This document shows, one piece after another, positions 9,486-18,601 of a stretch of 64,000 nucleotides of DNA. Numbering within the stretch: the first letter of the stretch is position 1; each line of letters begins with the position of its first letter. The stretch is from Clostridia bacterium (lineage in GTDB: Bacteria > Bacillota > Clostridia > Oscillospirales > CAG-272), in contig JAFUNJ010000009.1 in the NCBI GenBank assembly GCA_017482355.1, positions 165,229 to 229,228 of the forward strand. The letters are read 5' to 3'. Under the pieces are notes generated by a model. It worked only from the letters and a program-made list of their open reading frames with translations. It was not told the DNA's origin and searched no databases. The translations under genes and the position numbers were made by a program.

Positions 9486-10457
9486 ATGGAAAAGGTATCG
9501 GTCATAATTCCTGCGTACAACGTAGAACGGTTTATTGCCGAATGTGTAAACAGCGTTAGATGTCAGACCTATAAGAATCTAGAAATAATAGTGGTCGACG
9601 ACGGAAGCTCCGACCGCACGCTTGAAATATGTGAGAAGCTTGCGTCGGAGGACGATAGAATAAAGATCGTGAAGAATGATCACGGCGGTGTCAGCCGAGC
9701 AAGAAATGCGGGGCTTGACAGCGTAACGGGCGGGCTTATAGTTTCGGTAGACAGTGACGACGTTATATTGCCCGACATGATAGAAACGCTTTATAACAAG
9801 ATGCTTGAAACGGGTGCCGAGGTCGTCGCCTGCGGCTGCAGATTCATTACCGAGGAGGGCGAGCCGATCTTCGACAAGTGCCCTGCACAGGAATGGGTCG
9901 TAAGCGGACGCGATGCGCTCGCGTCGCAGGATAACGAGATCTGCGCCAATGCCATGGTCGCCGCGCCCTGGGGAAAGCTTACAAGAAAAGAAGTATATGA
10001 GGGCAAGCGTTACAAGGAGGGCATCGTTTACGAGGACAGACACCTCATGCCGCGCCTTTATTACGGAGTCTCAAAATTTGCGGTAATTCCTTACCCCGGC
10101 TGTCTTTACCGACAGAGAAACGGAAGTATAATGCATACCTCTCCCGATTCCGACAGGTTAAAGCTTCTTTTTGACGTTCTGCACGATCATATAGAATTTT
10201 ATATGCAGGTCGGCGACAGCGAGCTTGAATACAAGACGCGCAAGCATATTCTTGACGTTATACTGACAGCTGTCCGAAACGGAGTTCCTAAGGAGCTTAA
10301 GAGGTGCGTTAAAAAAGAGTTTCGCGCTCAGCGGAGGGCGCTTGGAAGCAATCTCGTTTCAAAGAGGGATAAAATCAAGTATTTCCTGTTCAGAGTGCTT
10401 GGAATATGGGGCTATAAAACGTTTATCGCGCACGGTAAAACGAAACAAACAGAGTGA
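9486..10457 (+). CDS. Glycosyltransferase family 2 (copy 2 of a tandem pair)
   Basis: Same N-terminus as the 8525 gene (MEKVSVIIPAYNVERFIAECVNS), with VDDGSSD and VDSDD motifs. Confidence 0.85.
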   Translation: MEKVSVIIPAYNVERFIAECVNSVRCQTYKNLEIIVVDDGSSDRTLEICEKLASEDDRIKIVKNDHGGVSRARNAGLDSVTGGLIVSVDSDDVILPDMIETLYNKMLETGAEVVACGCRFITEEGEPIFDKCPAQEWVVSGRDALASQDNEICANAMVAAPWGKLTRKEVYEGKRYKEGIVYEDRHLMPRLYYGVSKFAVIPYPGCLYRQRNGSIMHTSPDSDRLKLLFDVLHDHIEFYMQVGDSELEYKTRKHILDVILTAVRNGVPKELKRCVKKEFRAQRRALGSNLVSKRDKIKYFLFRVLGIWGYKTFIAHGKTKQTE

Positions 10458-10469
10458 AAGGCAGACAAA

Positions 10470-11351
10470 ATGACAGAGAATAAGAAGTCTGATACCGCCT
10501 TTAAGACGGTAGTTTCTGCGGACAAAAAAATATTTGACTTAAAGCTGAAGGAAGCGTTTAAATACAAGGATATGATCCTTCTTTTCGTAAAGAGGGAGTT
10601 TGTGTCGAAGTATAAGCAGACCGTCCTCGGTCCGCTTTGGGCTATTATTCAGCCGCTGTTTACGACGGTTGTCTATACCGTTATATTCGGAACGCTTGCC
10701 GGACTTGATACCGCCGACGCGAGCCCTGCGCCGATGGTGCCGTCCTTCCTTTTCTACATGAGCGGTACGATACTTTGGAGCTATTTTTCCTCGGTCGTTT
10801 CGGCAACGAGCCATACGTTTTTGGCGAACGCTCATATTATGGGCAAGGTGTATTTTCCGCGTATTGCGATGCCGATAGCGACGGCAATATCGAACCTTAT
10901 ATCGTTTGGTATCCAGCTTGCGATGTTTATAGTTACCTATATTGTCCTTATCATAAACGGAAGCGCGGAGTTCGTATTATCGTGGCACCTTATCTTCGTC
11001 CCGCTTTCGATATTGCAGCTTATGCTTCTGTCGACCGGTATCGGAATAATCATATCTGCTCTTACGACCAAATACCGCGATCTTTCGATGCTCGTCGGCT
11101 TCGGTCTTAACCTTTGGCAGTACGCGACCCCCGTTGCATACGGTTTAATGCTTATCCCGCAGAATTACATAGGTCTTTATCATCTGAATCCCGTTACTCC
11201 TGCAATTCTTTCCTTCAGATACGGAGTTTTCGGAGTCGGATATTTTGATCTTGCTTATTATCTTATCGGTTGGGCGATCACGCTTCTGATCGCGTTCCTT
11301 GGACTTTTACTCTTTAACCGCATTGAAAAGAACTTTGCGGATACTGTATAA
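10470..11351 (+). CDS. ABC-2 type polysaccharide/teichoic-acid exporter permease (Wzm/TagG-like)
   Basis: About six hydrophobic segments. N-terminal FVKREFVSKYKQTVLGPLWAIIQPL is the typical ABC-2 permease start. Followed by an ABC ATPase. Confidence 0.8.
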   Translation: MTENKKSDTAFKTVVSADKKIFDLKLKEAFKYKDMILLFVKREFVSKYKQTVLGPLWAIIQPLFTTVVYTVIFGTLAGLDTADASPAPMVPSFLFYMSGTILWSYFSSVVSATSHTFLANAHIMGKVYFPRIAMPIATAISNLISFGIQLAMFIVTYIVLIINGSAEFVLSWHLIFVPLSILQLMLLSTGIGIIISALTTKYRDLSMLVGFGLNLWQYATPVAYGLMLIPQNYIGLYHLNPVTPAILSFRYGVFGVGYFDLAYYLIGWAITLLIAFLGLLLFNRIEKNFADTV

Positions 11352-11364
11352 GGGGGCGGAAACA

Positions 11365-12654
11365 ATGAGTGAAATAATGCTTCGCTGCGAAAACGTTTCA
11401 AAGCAGTACCGCCTCGGTGCGATCGGCGGAACCACCCTCAAGGAGGATCTCCAGCGCCTTTCGGCACGGCTTCGCAAAAAGGAGGATCCGACTTCAAAGA
11501 TCGGTCAGAAGAAGCGCCCGATCTCAAATGAAAAATTCCTCGCGCTTGACGGCGTGTCGTTTGAGGTCAAAAAGGGTGAGGCAGTTGGTATCATCGGTAA
11601 GAACGGTGCAGGAAAGAGTACGCTTCTTAAGCTTATTACCCGTATTACCGGCCCTAGTAAGGGCACTATATCCCTTAACGGACGCGTTGCCTCTATGCTT
11701 GAGGTCGGAACCGGCTTCCATCCCGAGCTTACGGGACGCGAGAATATCTATATGAACGGCGCGATCCTCGGTATGTCAAAAAAAGAGATAGACGCCAAGA
11801 TCGAGGAGATCATCGACTTTTCGGAGGTAAGGCAGTTTATTGATACCCCCGTTAAGAGGTATTCCTCGGGAATGTACGTCAAGCTTGCTTTCTCGGTCGC
11901 AGCACATCTTGATGCCGACATTATGATCATGGACGAGGTTCTTGCCGTCGGTGATATGGCATTCCAGAACAAGTGTCTTACAAAAATGCGTCAGTCGGCG
12001 CAGGAGGAAGGAAAGACTGTCCTTTACGTTTCGCATAATATGAATACCATCCGTCAGCTTTGTGACCGAGTTATCGTTCTTGAAAAGGGCAAGCTGATTT
12101 TCGACGGCAGCGTTGAAGAGGGTATTGCGATCTATATGAATAATTCCGATAGCGGAAGCAACGTTGTAACTCTTCACGATAAGACGCACCTCGGCAACCT
12201 GATCGGCGGAGCGTTTATGGAGAGCATGGAGTTCCTTGACTGCGAAAATGCGACCGTTGTTTCGGGGAATCCGCTGAAATTCAAAATGAACTTCCGAGTT
12301 GACAGAAAGCTCGAGGGGGTAAAAATGAGGATCACGGTGAAGTCGCGTGATGACGTTCCTGTCGGAATCAGCATTTCCGATGAAGTCGGATCGTTTGATG
12401 CCGAAACGATGGCAAGCGTGACGCTCGCATTTGATACCTCGCTACTTGCGCAAGGAATCTATTACCTGAATTTCGCGGTCTGTCAGTATGACAGTAACGG
12501 AAATCCCGTTATCCTTGACAACGTCGCAAGAGCTTGTAATTTTACGGTGATAAACAGACAGGACGACAGATCCGTCTGGTCTCAGATGTGGTGGGGATCG
12601 ATCAAGTTTCCGCCGATGAAGGTCTGTGAAGCAGAGGCGAAAAACATAAATTGA
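11365..12654 (+). CDS. ABC exporter ATP-binding protein (Wzt/TagH-like) with an extra ~170-aa C-terminal domain
   Basis: Start moved to ATG 11365 (GGGGGCGGA RBS). Walker A GKNGAGKST, signature YSSGMYVKLAF, Walker B IMIMDEVLA. The C-terminal extension after the NBD is of the kind used by Wzt for glycan-terminus recognition. Confidence 0.8.
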   Translation: MSEIMLRCENVSKQYRLGAIGGTTLKEDLQRLSARLRKKEDPTSKIGQKKRPISNEKFLALDGVSFEVKKGEAVGIIGKNGAGKSTLLKLITRITGPSKGTISLNGRVASMLEVGTGFHPELTGRENIYMNGAILGMSKKEIDAKIEEIIDFSEVRQFIDTPVKRYSSGMYVKLAFSVAAHLDADIMIMDEVLAVGDMAFQNKCLTKMRQSAQEEGKTVLYVSHNMNTIRQLCDRVIVLEKGKLIFDGSVEEGIAIYMNNSDSGSNVVTLHDKTHLGNLIGGAFMESMEFLDCENATVVSGNPLKFKMNFRVDRKLEGVKMRITVKSRDDVPVGISISDEVGSFDAETMASVTLAFDTSLLAQGIYYLNFAVCQYDSNGNPVILDNVARACNFTVINRQDDRSVWSQMWWGSIKFPPMKVCEAEAKNIN

Positions 12655-12670
12655 CCGAAAGGGTTAAGAA

Positions 12671-13732
12671 ATGAACATCTTTATTAGGGCGTGGCGCTCT
12701 TTCCTCTATCGCACGCGGCATATTCGGGTGAAGATCCGAGTCTGCGGTCTTGGTAGAAGAACGAACAAAAAGGCGCTGCTCGTCGGCGTTCCGAACCACT
12801 CCAATATCGGAGATATGGCGATCACGGTTGCCGAAAAGGTTTTTTTGAAGAATTGCCGTATAAGCTTTGCATCTCTGACGACAAACGAATGCGAAGATAA
12901 TATTTCAATGCTGAAAAAAGCGGTTCGCCCCGATACCGTTATATGCTTTCACGGCGGCGGAAATCTCGGAAATCTCTATGAGTACGAGGAGCGCATAAGA
13001 AGAATGCTCCTGACCGAATTTTCCGATAATCCGTCGGTCATATTTCCTCAGACCGTACACTTCACCTCCGACGGCAAGGGAGAGGCGGATATGAAAGCGG
13101 CGTCTGCCGTTTACGGTGCGCACAAAAAGCTGACGATCGCGCTCAGAGACGATAGCTCCATTGAAGTCGCAAAAGAACTTTTTGGGGGCGCAAATCTGAT
13201 CTACTCTCCCGACATAGTTATGGGAATGGATAAAGATACGTTCGGAGTAAAAAAAGCCGAGCGAAACGGTGCGCTTCTCTGCTTTAGACACGATTTTGAA
13301 AAAGCGCTGTCTGATTCCGACAAGGAAGCGATCACATCGTGCCTGGCAAAGTCAGGAATCAGCTACGGTCATACGGATATGATGGCGGAAAACGATCACG
13401 TTGCTCAAGGCGCACAGTACAGTATTGTGTCCGATAAAATGCGCGAGCTCTCGGGAGCGAAGCTGGTTATTACCGATCGACTTCACGGTATGATATTCTC
13501 GGCGATCACCGAGACGCCGTGTATTGCCTTCGGAAATTTTAACCATAAGGTAGAGCAGTCATACAAGGTGCTTAAGCATCTTGATTATATTAAGTTCGTA
13601 AACAGTGCTGAGGAGGCAACGGAGCTCGCCTATAAGATGTACGGTATCTGCGGTCATTACGACCGTTCGCCGATCACGCCTCAGTACGACGGGCTCAAAA
13701 ACATTCTTCTTGAATATACAAGGAAACAGTAA
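12671..13732 (+). CDS. Polysaccharide pyruvyl transferase family protein (CsaB/WcaK-like)
   Basis: HSNIGDMAI near the N-terminus, HGGGNLGNLY, and ITDRLHGMIFSAITETPCIAF fit the PS_pyruv_trans pattern. Confidence 0.7.
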   Translation: MNIFIRAWRSFLYRTRHIRVKIRVCGLGRRTNKKALLVGVPNHSNIGDMAITVAEKVFLKNCRISFASLTTNECEDNISMLKKAVRPDTVICFHGGGNLGNLYEYEERIRRMLLTEFSDNPSVIFPQTVHFTSDGKGEADMKAASAVYGAHKKLTIALRDDSSIEVAKELFGGANLIYSPDIVMGMDKDTFGVKKAERNGALLCFRHDFEKALSDSDKEAITSCLAKSGISYGHTDMMAENDHVAQGAQYSIVSDKMRELSGAKLVITDRLHGMIFSAITETPCIAFGNFNHKVEQSYKVLKHLDYIKFVNSAEEATELAYKMYGICGHYDRSPITPQYDGLKNILLEYTRKQ

Positions 13733-13736
13733 GGAT

Positions 13737-14726
13737 ATGCAGAAAATTTCGGTGATCGTTCCGGTATACAAGGTTGAAAAAACGCTTGATGCATGTGTAA
13801 AGAGCATATTGGCGCAGACATATACCGATATCGAGGTAATACTTGTCGACGACGGAAGCCCCGATGCTTGCCCTGCGATGTGCGAGGAGCTGGCAAAGGA
13901 GGACGGTCGAATAAAGGTCGTTCACCGTGAAAACGGAGGACTTTCCGCGGCGAGAAATACGGGTATCGAAAATGCGTCGGGCGAGCTTATCACCTTCGTT
14001 GACAGCGACGATATGATAGCGCCCGAGACGGTTGCGGTTTTGTATGATACGCTGATTAAGGCGGAAGCCGATATGTCGGTCTGCATGTATGAGATCTTTC
14101 AAAATGATGACGATATAAAAAATGCCGAGATCTATGACGGAGTAGCGGTTGCCGATGCGCGAGATCTTCTTCTCTCGGAAAAGGTGTACGATCGCACCGA
14201 GGCGTGGGGAAAGCTCTACAAGAAGGAGATTTTTTCCTTCCTTCGCTTCAAGGAGGGGATCTATTACGAGGATACTCATATTGCCCCTTATATTCTTGAA
14301 AGAATTAGCAAGGTTGCGTTCAATCGCTCCAAGCTCTATTATTACAGAAAAAACCCCGAGCTTCCGACGATAATGAATGCGAAGTTTTCTCTTAAAAAGC
14401 TCTGTATTCTCGATATTTTTGGGGAGCAGATAAGAGATATTTACAAAAGGGTCGGTATGTGCCCAGCATACGGCGTTGCGCTTGAGCAGCTTTTCGGAAG
14501 TGTCGCAAAGGCGCGTGTGCTAAAAAAAGAACTCAGCATCGGTATGCGATTCTACAAGTACTATTTCAAGCTTTTGCCTACGATGCTTTTCGCACCGAAA
14601 AGTCAGAAGTTCGGCTTTAAGCAGAAGATGGTATATCTGAGCTTGATACTGCCGTTCGGAGTCCTTAATTCTTACTACCGCAAAAACGTTACGGTAAAGC
14701 GTTACGACGAGCTGAATAATCTTTAA
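13737..14726 (+). CDS. Glycosyltransferase family 2
   Basis: Start moved to ATG 13737 (MQKISVIVPVYKVEKTL). VDDGSPD and VDSDD motifs. Confidence 0.85.
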   Translation: MQKISVIVPVYKVEKTLDACVKSILAQTYTDIEVILVDDGSPDACPAMCEELAKEDGRIKVVHRENGGLSAARNTGIENASGELITFVDSDDMIAPETVAVLYDTLIKAEADMSVCMYEIFQNDDDIKNAEIYDGVAVADARDLLLSEKVYDRTEAWGKLYKKEIFSFLRFKEGIYYEDTHIAPYILERISKVAFNRSKLYYYRKNPELPTIMNAKFSLKKLCILDIFGEQIRDIYKRVGMCPAYGVALEQLFGSVAKARVLKKELSIGMRFYKYYFKLLPTMLFAPKSQKFGFKQKMVYLSLILPFGVLNSYYRKNVTVKRYDELNNL

Positions 14727-14749
14727 AAAACGCCCTTGGGCGTTTTTTT
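14725..14749 (+). terminator. Rho-independent terminator ending the glycan locus
   Basis: AAAAAACGCCC-TT-GGGCGTTTTTTT. Confidence 0.85.
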
Positions 14750-14811
14750 CATAAACAAAGATACTTCGCAATATATTTACATATAAGAAAAAATTAGAAG
14801 TGCAACGCTTA

Positions 14812-14841
14812 TTGACAAAATGCGACTTAAAATGTTATAAT
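14812..14841 (+). promoter_or_regulatory. SigA-type promoter (extended -10)
   Basis: TTGACA (14812-14817), 18-nt spacer ending TGT, TATAAT (14836-14841). Confidence 0.6.
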
Positions 14842-14872
14842 TGATGTACTAAAGAAAAAGGAGGACGTAATT

Positions 14873-16051
14873 ATGAGATCTAAGCGCTTGATGGCGGCAG
14901 TTTTGTCGGTGATCATGCTTGCTTTGACGGTTTTTTCCGTTCATGCCGAAAGCGGCATCGTCTTCTCCTTTTCATCCGACAAACCGAGCGGTAGTGAGGT
15001 CTCGCTCGGTGATACCGTTACTTATACGGTGTCGCTTGACGCGAACAGCGGTTTTGCTTTCGGAACGCTGTACTTTGACGCATCGGACAACCTTACGTAT
15101 ATAAGCTCGACGTATAAGGGCGAAAGTGTTACTGCCGAAAAGGCGGTTGCGGGCGAAAATGCAGGTGCGTACGGAATTATTATTGCAGGTGAGACCGTAA
15201 CCGGAACAGATCCCGAGCTTTGTACCATAACATTTAAAGTCACGGGCAAGGGTGATATAAGCGTTCGGTTTTACGTTTATCAGCTGAATGACGGAAACGC
15301 GCACGTTACCCCGTCGGTAAGTAACGGAACTGTAACCCATACGGTCAAGGAGCTTGTGAAGCCGGTTATAACGACCTCGTCTCTTCCCGAGGCGGTCATG
15401 GGATATGAATATTCCTGCAAGATAGTCGGAAGCGACGACGAGTTTTTGACTTACAGCTACGAGGGAACTCTTCCGAGCGGAATGACGCTCGATCAGGACG
15501 GAACGCTTAGCGGAACGCCGACGCAGTTCGGCTCTTTCAAGATAACGGTGAAGGCGACGCTTCTCGGCGAGCTGATATCCGACCCGAAGGAGCTTACGCT
15601 GACGGCCCTCGAAAAGCCGAGAGCGCTTGAGCTTGAAAGCGGCAGCGGCTATGAGATAGACGGCGAACGGCTGCGAGGGGTTATTGAGGAAACAACGCTG
15701 AGCACGCTTCTTGACAGGTTTAAGAATAAAGAACGAATCAAGGTCTTTGACGGTGACGGCGCGGAGGTTACGGCATCTGACGAATACGTCGGCACGGGAT
15801 ATACTGTATCTCTTATGCACGGTGACGAGAAGGTGCATACCGTAGCGGTAGTAGTTCTCGGTGACGTGAACGGAAACGGACGAGTTGACTCGAACGACTA
15901 TCAAAGAATCAGAAGATATGTTATCGGAACTTACAATATAGAAGGCATCTATTTCGATGCAGCGCGCGTGTCCGGCGGATCTGATATAAGGCCGGTCGAT
16001 TACCAAAGAGTAAGGCGTCACGTAATCGGAAGCTATAATATATTCGAATAA
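14873..16051 (+). CDS. Secreted protein: cohesin-like N-terminal domain, putative Ig (He_PIG-like) domain, C-terminal dockerin
   Basis: Signal peptide (LALTVFSVHA/ES). Cohesin-like pattern (VSLGDTVTYTVSLDANSGFAFGTLYFDASDNLTYIS...CTITFKVTG). He_PIG-like segment (LPSGMTLDQDGTLSGTPTQFGSF). Dockerin repeat GDVNGNGRVDSNDYQRIRRYVIG plus a degenerate second repeat. Confidence 0.6.
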   Translation: MRSKRLMAAVLSVIMLALTVFSVHAESGIVFSFSSDKPSGSEVSLGDTVTYTVSLDANSGFAFGTLYFDASDNLTYISSTYKGESVTAEKAVAGENAGAYGIIIAGETVTGTDPELCTITFKVTGKGDISVRFYVYQLNDGNAHVTPSVSNGTVTHTVKELVKPVITTSSLPEAVMGYEYSCKIVGSDDEFLTYSYEGTLPSGMTLDQDGTLSGTPTQFGSFKITVKATLLGELISDPKELTLTALEKPRALELESGSGYEIDGERLRGVIEETTLSTLLDRFKNKERIKVFDGDGAEVTASDEYVGTGYTVSLMHGDEKVHTVAVVVLGDVNGNGRVDSNDYQRIRRYVIGTYNIEGIYFDAARVSGGSDIRPVDYQRVRRHVIGSYNIFE

Positions 16052-16069
16052 ATTATCAGAGGATTGAAT

Positions 16070-18010
16070 ATGAAAAAGATTTTAATTATCGCTCTTGCTA
16101 CGATAATGGCAGTATTTTGCTTCTCCCTTGGCTCGTCGGCTGCGGAGCCGAGCTTCAAGGTTGATATCAGTGGAGCGACCGCAGTTGCAGTGGGCGACAC
16201 CGTAAAGTATACTGTTGAGGTCAAGGATATAAATGTTCCGTCGTCTAATACCGACGAGTACGATAGCGGTCTTGCAAGTGTTACTGTGTTTATCAAATAT
16301 GATACGGCATTCTTCGACGGCTCGTCCGTCAGCGTAAAAATGCCCGATCTTCCGAGTGACGTTTGGGGCACATCACTTAAGCAGCCCTCCGACGGAGTTA
16401 TTAAGGTAGAGGTGTGGAGTGAGCCGGATTCTGACGGTAAAAATCCTACCGCAAACGCAAACGGAATTCTTAAGTTTGAAATTTCCATAAAGGTCAAATC
16501 GAGTGCCGTTGAAGGCGGCGGCAAGGAGATTTATATCGGAACCGATACTGAGGGCGGCGATGCAAATCTCGATATTGTAAGCAACGTTACCTGCGGTTCC
16601 CTTGACGTTTCTCTTATAAAGAAGCTTGATAAGCCCGACGGTCTTGTAATTGACAAGGAAGATGGCTACAAGGCAAAGTGGAATGCCGTTGAAAATGCGG
16701 ATTCTTACGAGATTCAGGTATACAAGGACGAAGAGAAGCTCGGCAAGCCCCTTACCGCTACCGGCACGAGCTACGATCTTTCTACCCTTATTACTAATAA
16801 TTTTGGCGGCGAATACAGCTTTACCGTCGTTGCAAAGTCGAATAGCGACCTTTACAAGGACAGCGACGCGGCGACGTCGAGCGTTTGTAATTACAGAGGA
16901 AAGCTTCTGACTCCGACTATTGCACTTACCGTCAACAAGATAGCAGGTACTGTCAGCTATAAGATAACCGATAAGAACCTTGAGGATACCGTCAGCGTAT
17001 ACATAATCAAAATATACGATAAGGACGGAAATCCCGTCGGCGAGGAAATATCATCCCCGAAGACATCGGGAACGATAACGGGTCTTGCTTTCGGAACGAA
17101 GTATGATGTGACTGTAACTGCAAGCTCTTCGTCTCTTGACAACGTTGAGGCGGGCAATCTCTCATCCGACGAGTCGGGCAAGGTCTCTGTAACTGCGGAC
17201 GGAATCGTCGGGATTTCTGTTACGAAGAATCCGACCCTTTCCTATACTGAGGGTGATACCGTCGACCTTTCGAAGATGGAAATAACCGTTGATTTTGCAG
17301 TTGCTTCAAACGTAAAGATCGGCAAGGATAAGTTCAGCGAATACGGAATCACCGTCACGCCCAAGCATGATGCGGATGCTATTCTTTCCCTTAACGGAAA
17401 AACCATCACCGTTACCTGCGGCGAGCTTACCGCGTCCGAAGTATTAACTCTTGAAGTAAAGAAAGGTCAGTGTGAACATACAATTACCACGACCGAGCAT
17501 GAGGATCCTACCTGCGGTGAGGACGGATTTGACAAGGTGGTGTGCGACTGCGGTGTCACCGTTGAGAACACGCCTATTCCCGCAACCGGAAATCACAATT
17601 TTGGCGAATGGTCCTGGAAGGGCAACAGCGTTCCGATCGAAGGAATTGACGGTGTTCGCGAGCGTACCTGTAGCGTTTGCGGAAAGACCGAGGAAGAACA
17701 GATCACGTATGAAGAGTATCTCGAAATGATGTCAGGCGGCACGACTGCTCCTCCGGATATCACTCCCGATACTACGAAGCCCGTGACCGAGCCCGACGAA
17801 ACCACCGCTCCGAAAAAGCATAATGCGCTTGGCGGATTGGGGGATCTCGGAAAAATATTCCTGTTCGCGCTTATCGCGGTGCTCATCGTTATCGTTATAT
17901 TTATAGTCGGTGCGATCTACGTTGAAAGCCGCAGAAACCGCAGAAGAAGATCTCGCTCAAGAACAAACCGCGCAAAAAACGGTCAGAACAGAAATAACTA
18001 CAGAAGATAA
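16070..18010 (+). CDS. Cell-surface protein: cohesin-like domain, Fn3/Ig-like repeats, Cys-rich module, C-terminal TM anchor with Arg-rich tail
   Basis: ATG 16070 (AGAGGA RBS). Signal peptide, then VAVGDTVKYTVEVKDINV...ILKFEISIKVKS (cohesin-like). Fn3-like segments (WNAVENADSYEIQVY; YDVTVTASS). A CxxC-rich block. TM IFLFALIAVLIVIVIFIVGAIYV followed by ESRRNRRRRSRSR. Confidence 0.55.
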   Translation: MKKILIIALATIMAVFCFSLGSSAAEPSFKVDISGATAVAVGDTVKYTVEVKDINVPSSNTDEYDSGLASVTVFIKYDTAFFDGSSVSVKMPDLPSDVWGTSLKQPSDGVIKVEVWSEPDSDGKNPTANANGILKFEISIKVKSSAVEGGGKEIYIGTDTEGGDANLDIVSNVTCGSLDVSLIKKLDKPDGLVIDKEDGYKAKWNAVENADSYEIQVYKDEEKLGKPLTATGTSYDLSTLITNNFGGEYSFTVVAKSNSDLYKDSDAATSSVCNYRGKLLTPTIALTVNKIAGTVSYKITDKNLEDTVSVYIIKIYDKDGNPVGEEISSPKTSGTITGLAFGTKYDVTVTASSSSLDNVEAGNLSSDESGKVSVTADGIVGISVTKNPTLSYTEGDTVDLSKMEITVDFAVASNVKIGKDKFSEYGITVTPKHDADAILSLNGKTITVTCGELTASEVLTLEVKKGQCEHTITTTEHEDPTCGEDGFDKVVCDCGVTVENTPIPATGNHNFGEWSWKGNSVPIEGIDGVRERTCSVCGKTEEEQITYEEYLEMMSGGTTAPPDITPDTTKPVTEPDETTAPKKHNALGGLGDLGKIFLFALIAVLIVIVIFIVGAIYVESRRNRRRRSRSRTNRAKNGQNRNNYRR

Positions 18011-18013
18011 ATG

Positions 18014-18046
18014 AAAAAATCAGGCGAGTGATCGCCTGATTTTTTA
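18014..18046. terminator. Bidirectional rho-independent terminator
   Basis: AAAAAATCAGGCGA-GTGA-TCGCCTGATTTTTT, between convergent genes. Confidence 0.85.
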
Positions 18047-18601
18047 TATGAAGAGCGGTCTTTCCTGTTTTCCTTTCAGGGCGGAGACGAGGCAGTCGGG
18101 TATCATTTCAAATTCAGAAACGAGCGAATGCGGCTTTTTTAAGCAATCGTCTTGCTTCATGGGAACGAAGAAAACGCCCTTTTTTTCGAGCATTGTGGAG
18201 ATATTTTTGAGATTTGCCGACATTGCGTCGTTCGTGGCAAGAGAAATAAGGAGCGGACGGCTCTGGCGGAGGTGCGCCTTTGCCGCCATAGTGACGGGAG
18301 TGTCGGTAATGCCGTTTGCGAGCTTTGCGAGCGTGTTTCCCGTGCAGGGCGCGATAATGAGTGCGTCGAGGGGGATAGCAGGGCCGAGCGGCTCTGCGTC
18401 CTTGATAGTCATGATCGGCTCTCGGCGGCATATATCGGTTATTTTCTTTATAAAATCAGCGCTTTTACCAAAGCGCGTGTCGGTAGATGCGGCATTGTGG
18501 CTCATTATCGGAAGAACGTCGTAGTCGTGAACCAGCTCCTTTAAGACCGATATTGAGCGGTCAAAGGTACAAAAGGAGCCGCAGAAGGCGTAACCTATCA
18601 T
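18044..18601 (-). CDS. dpaB: Dipicolinate synthase subunit B
   Basis: MIGYAFCGSFCTF N-terminus and flavoprotein-like fold motifs (APCTGNTLAKLANGITDT). Directly downstream of dpaA with a 4-nt overlap. Confidence 0.85.
   Translation of the reverse strand: MIGYAFCGSFCTFDRSISVLKELVHDYDVLPIMSHNAASTDTRFGKSADFIKKITDICRREPIMTIKDAEPLGPAIPLDALIIAPCTGNTLAKLANGITDTPVTMAAKAHLRQSRPLLISLATNDAMSANLKNISTMLEKKGVFFVPMKQDDCLKKPHSLVSEFEMIPDCLVSALKGKQERPLFI

Noticed and set aside
11299-11364. N-terminal extensions in the ORF track (11299, 13605, 21276, 29741, 5336, 58824, 61264, 61532, 60997-61023).
   Set aside because: In each case an internal ATG with a good Shine-Dalgarno sequence coincides with the start of the conserved domain or signal peptide. 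The extension overlaps the upstream gene or non-coding DNA.
14972-16021. Long antisense ORFs opposite real genes. Examples: 14972-16021, 7062-7880, 29816-30697, 37834-38847, 40315-41064, 51753-52607, 54201-55160, 56636-57568.
   Set aside because: Each is fully nested antisense to a CDS with clear family motifs, and their translations are Arg/Ser/Leu-rich with no motifs. I treat them as codon-bias artefacts.
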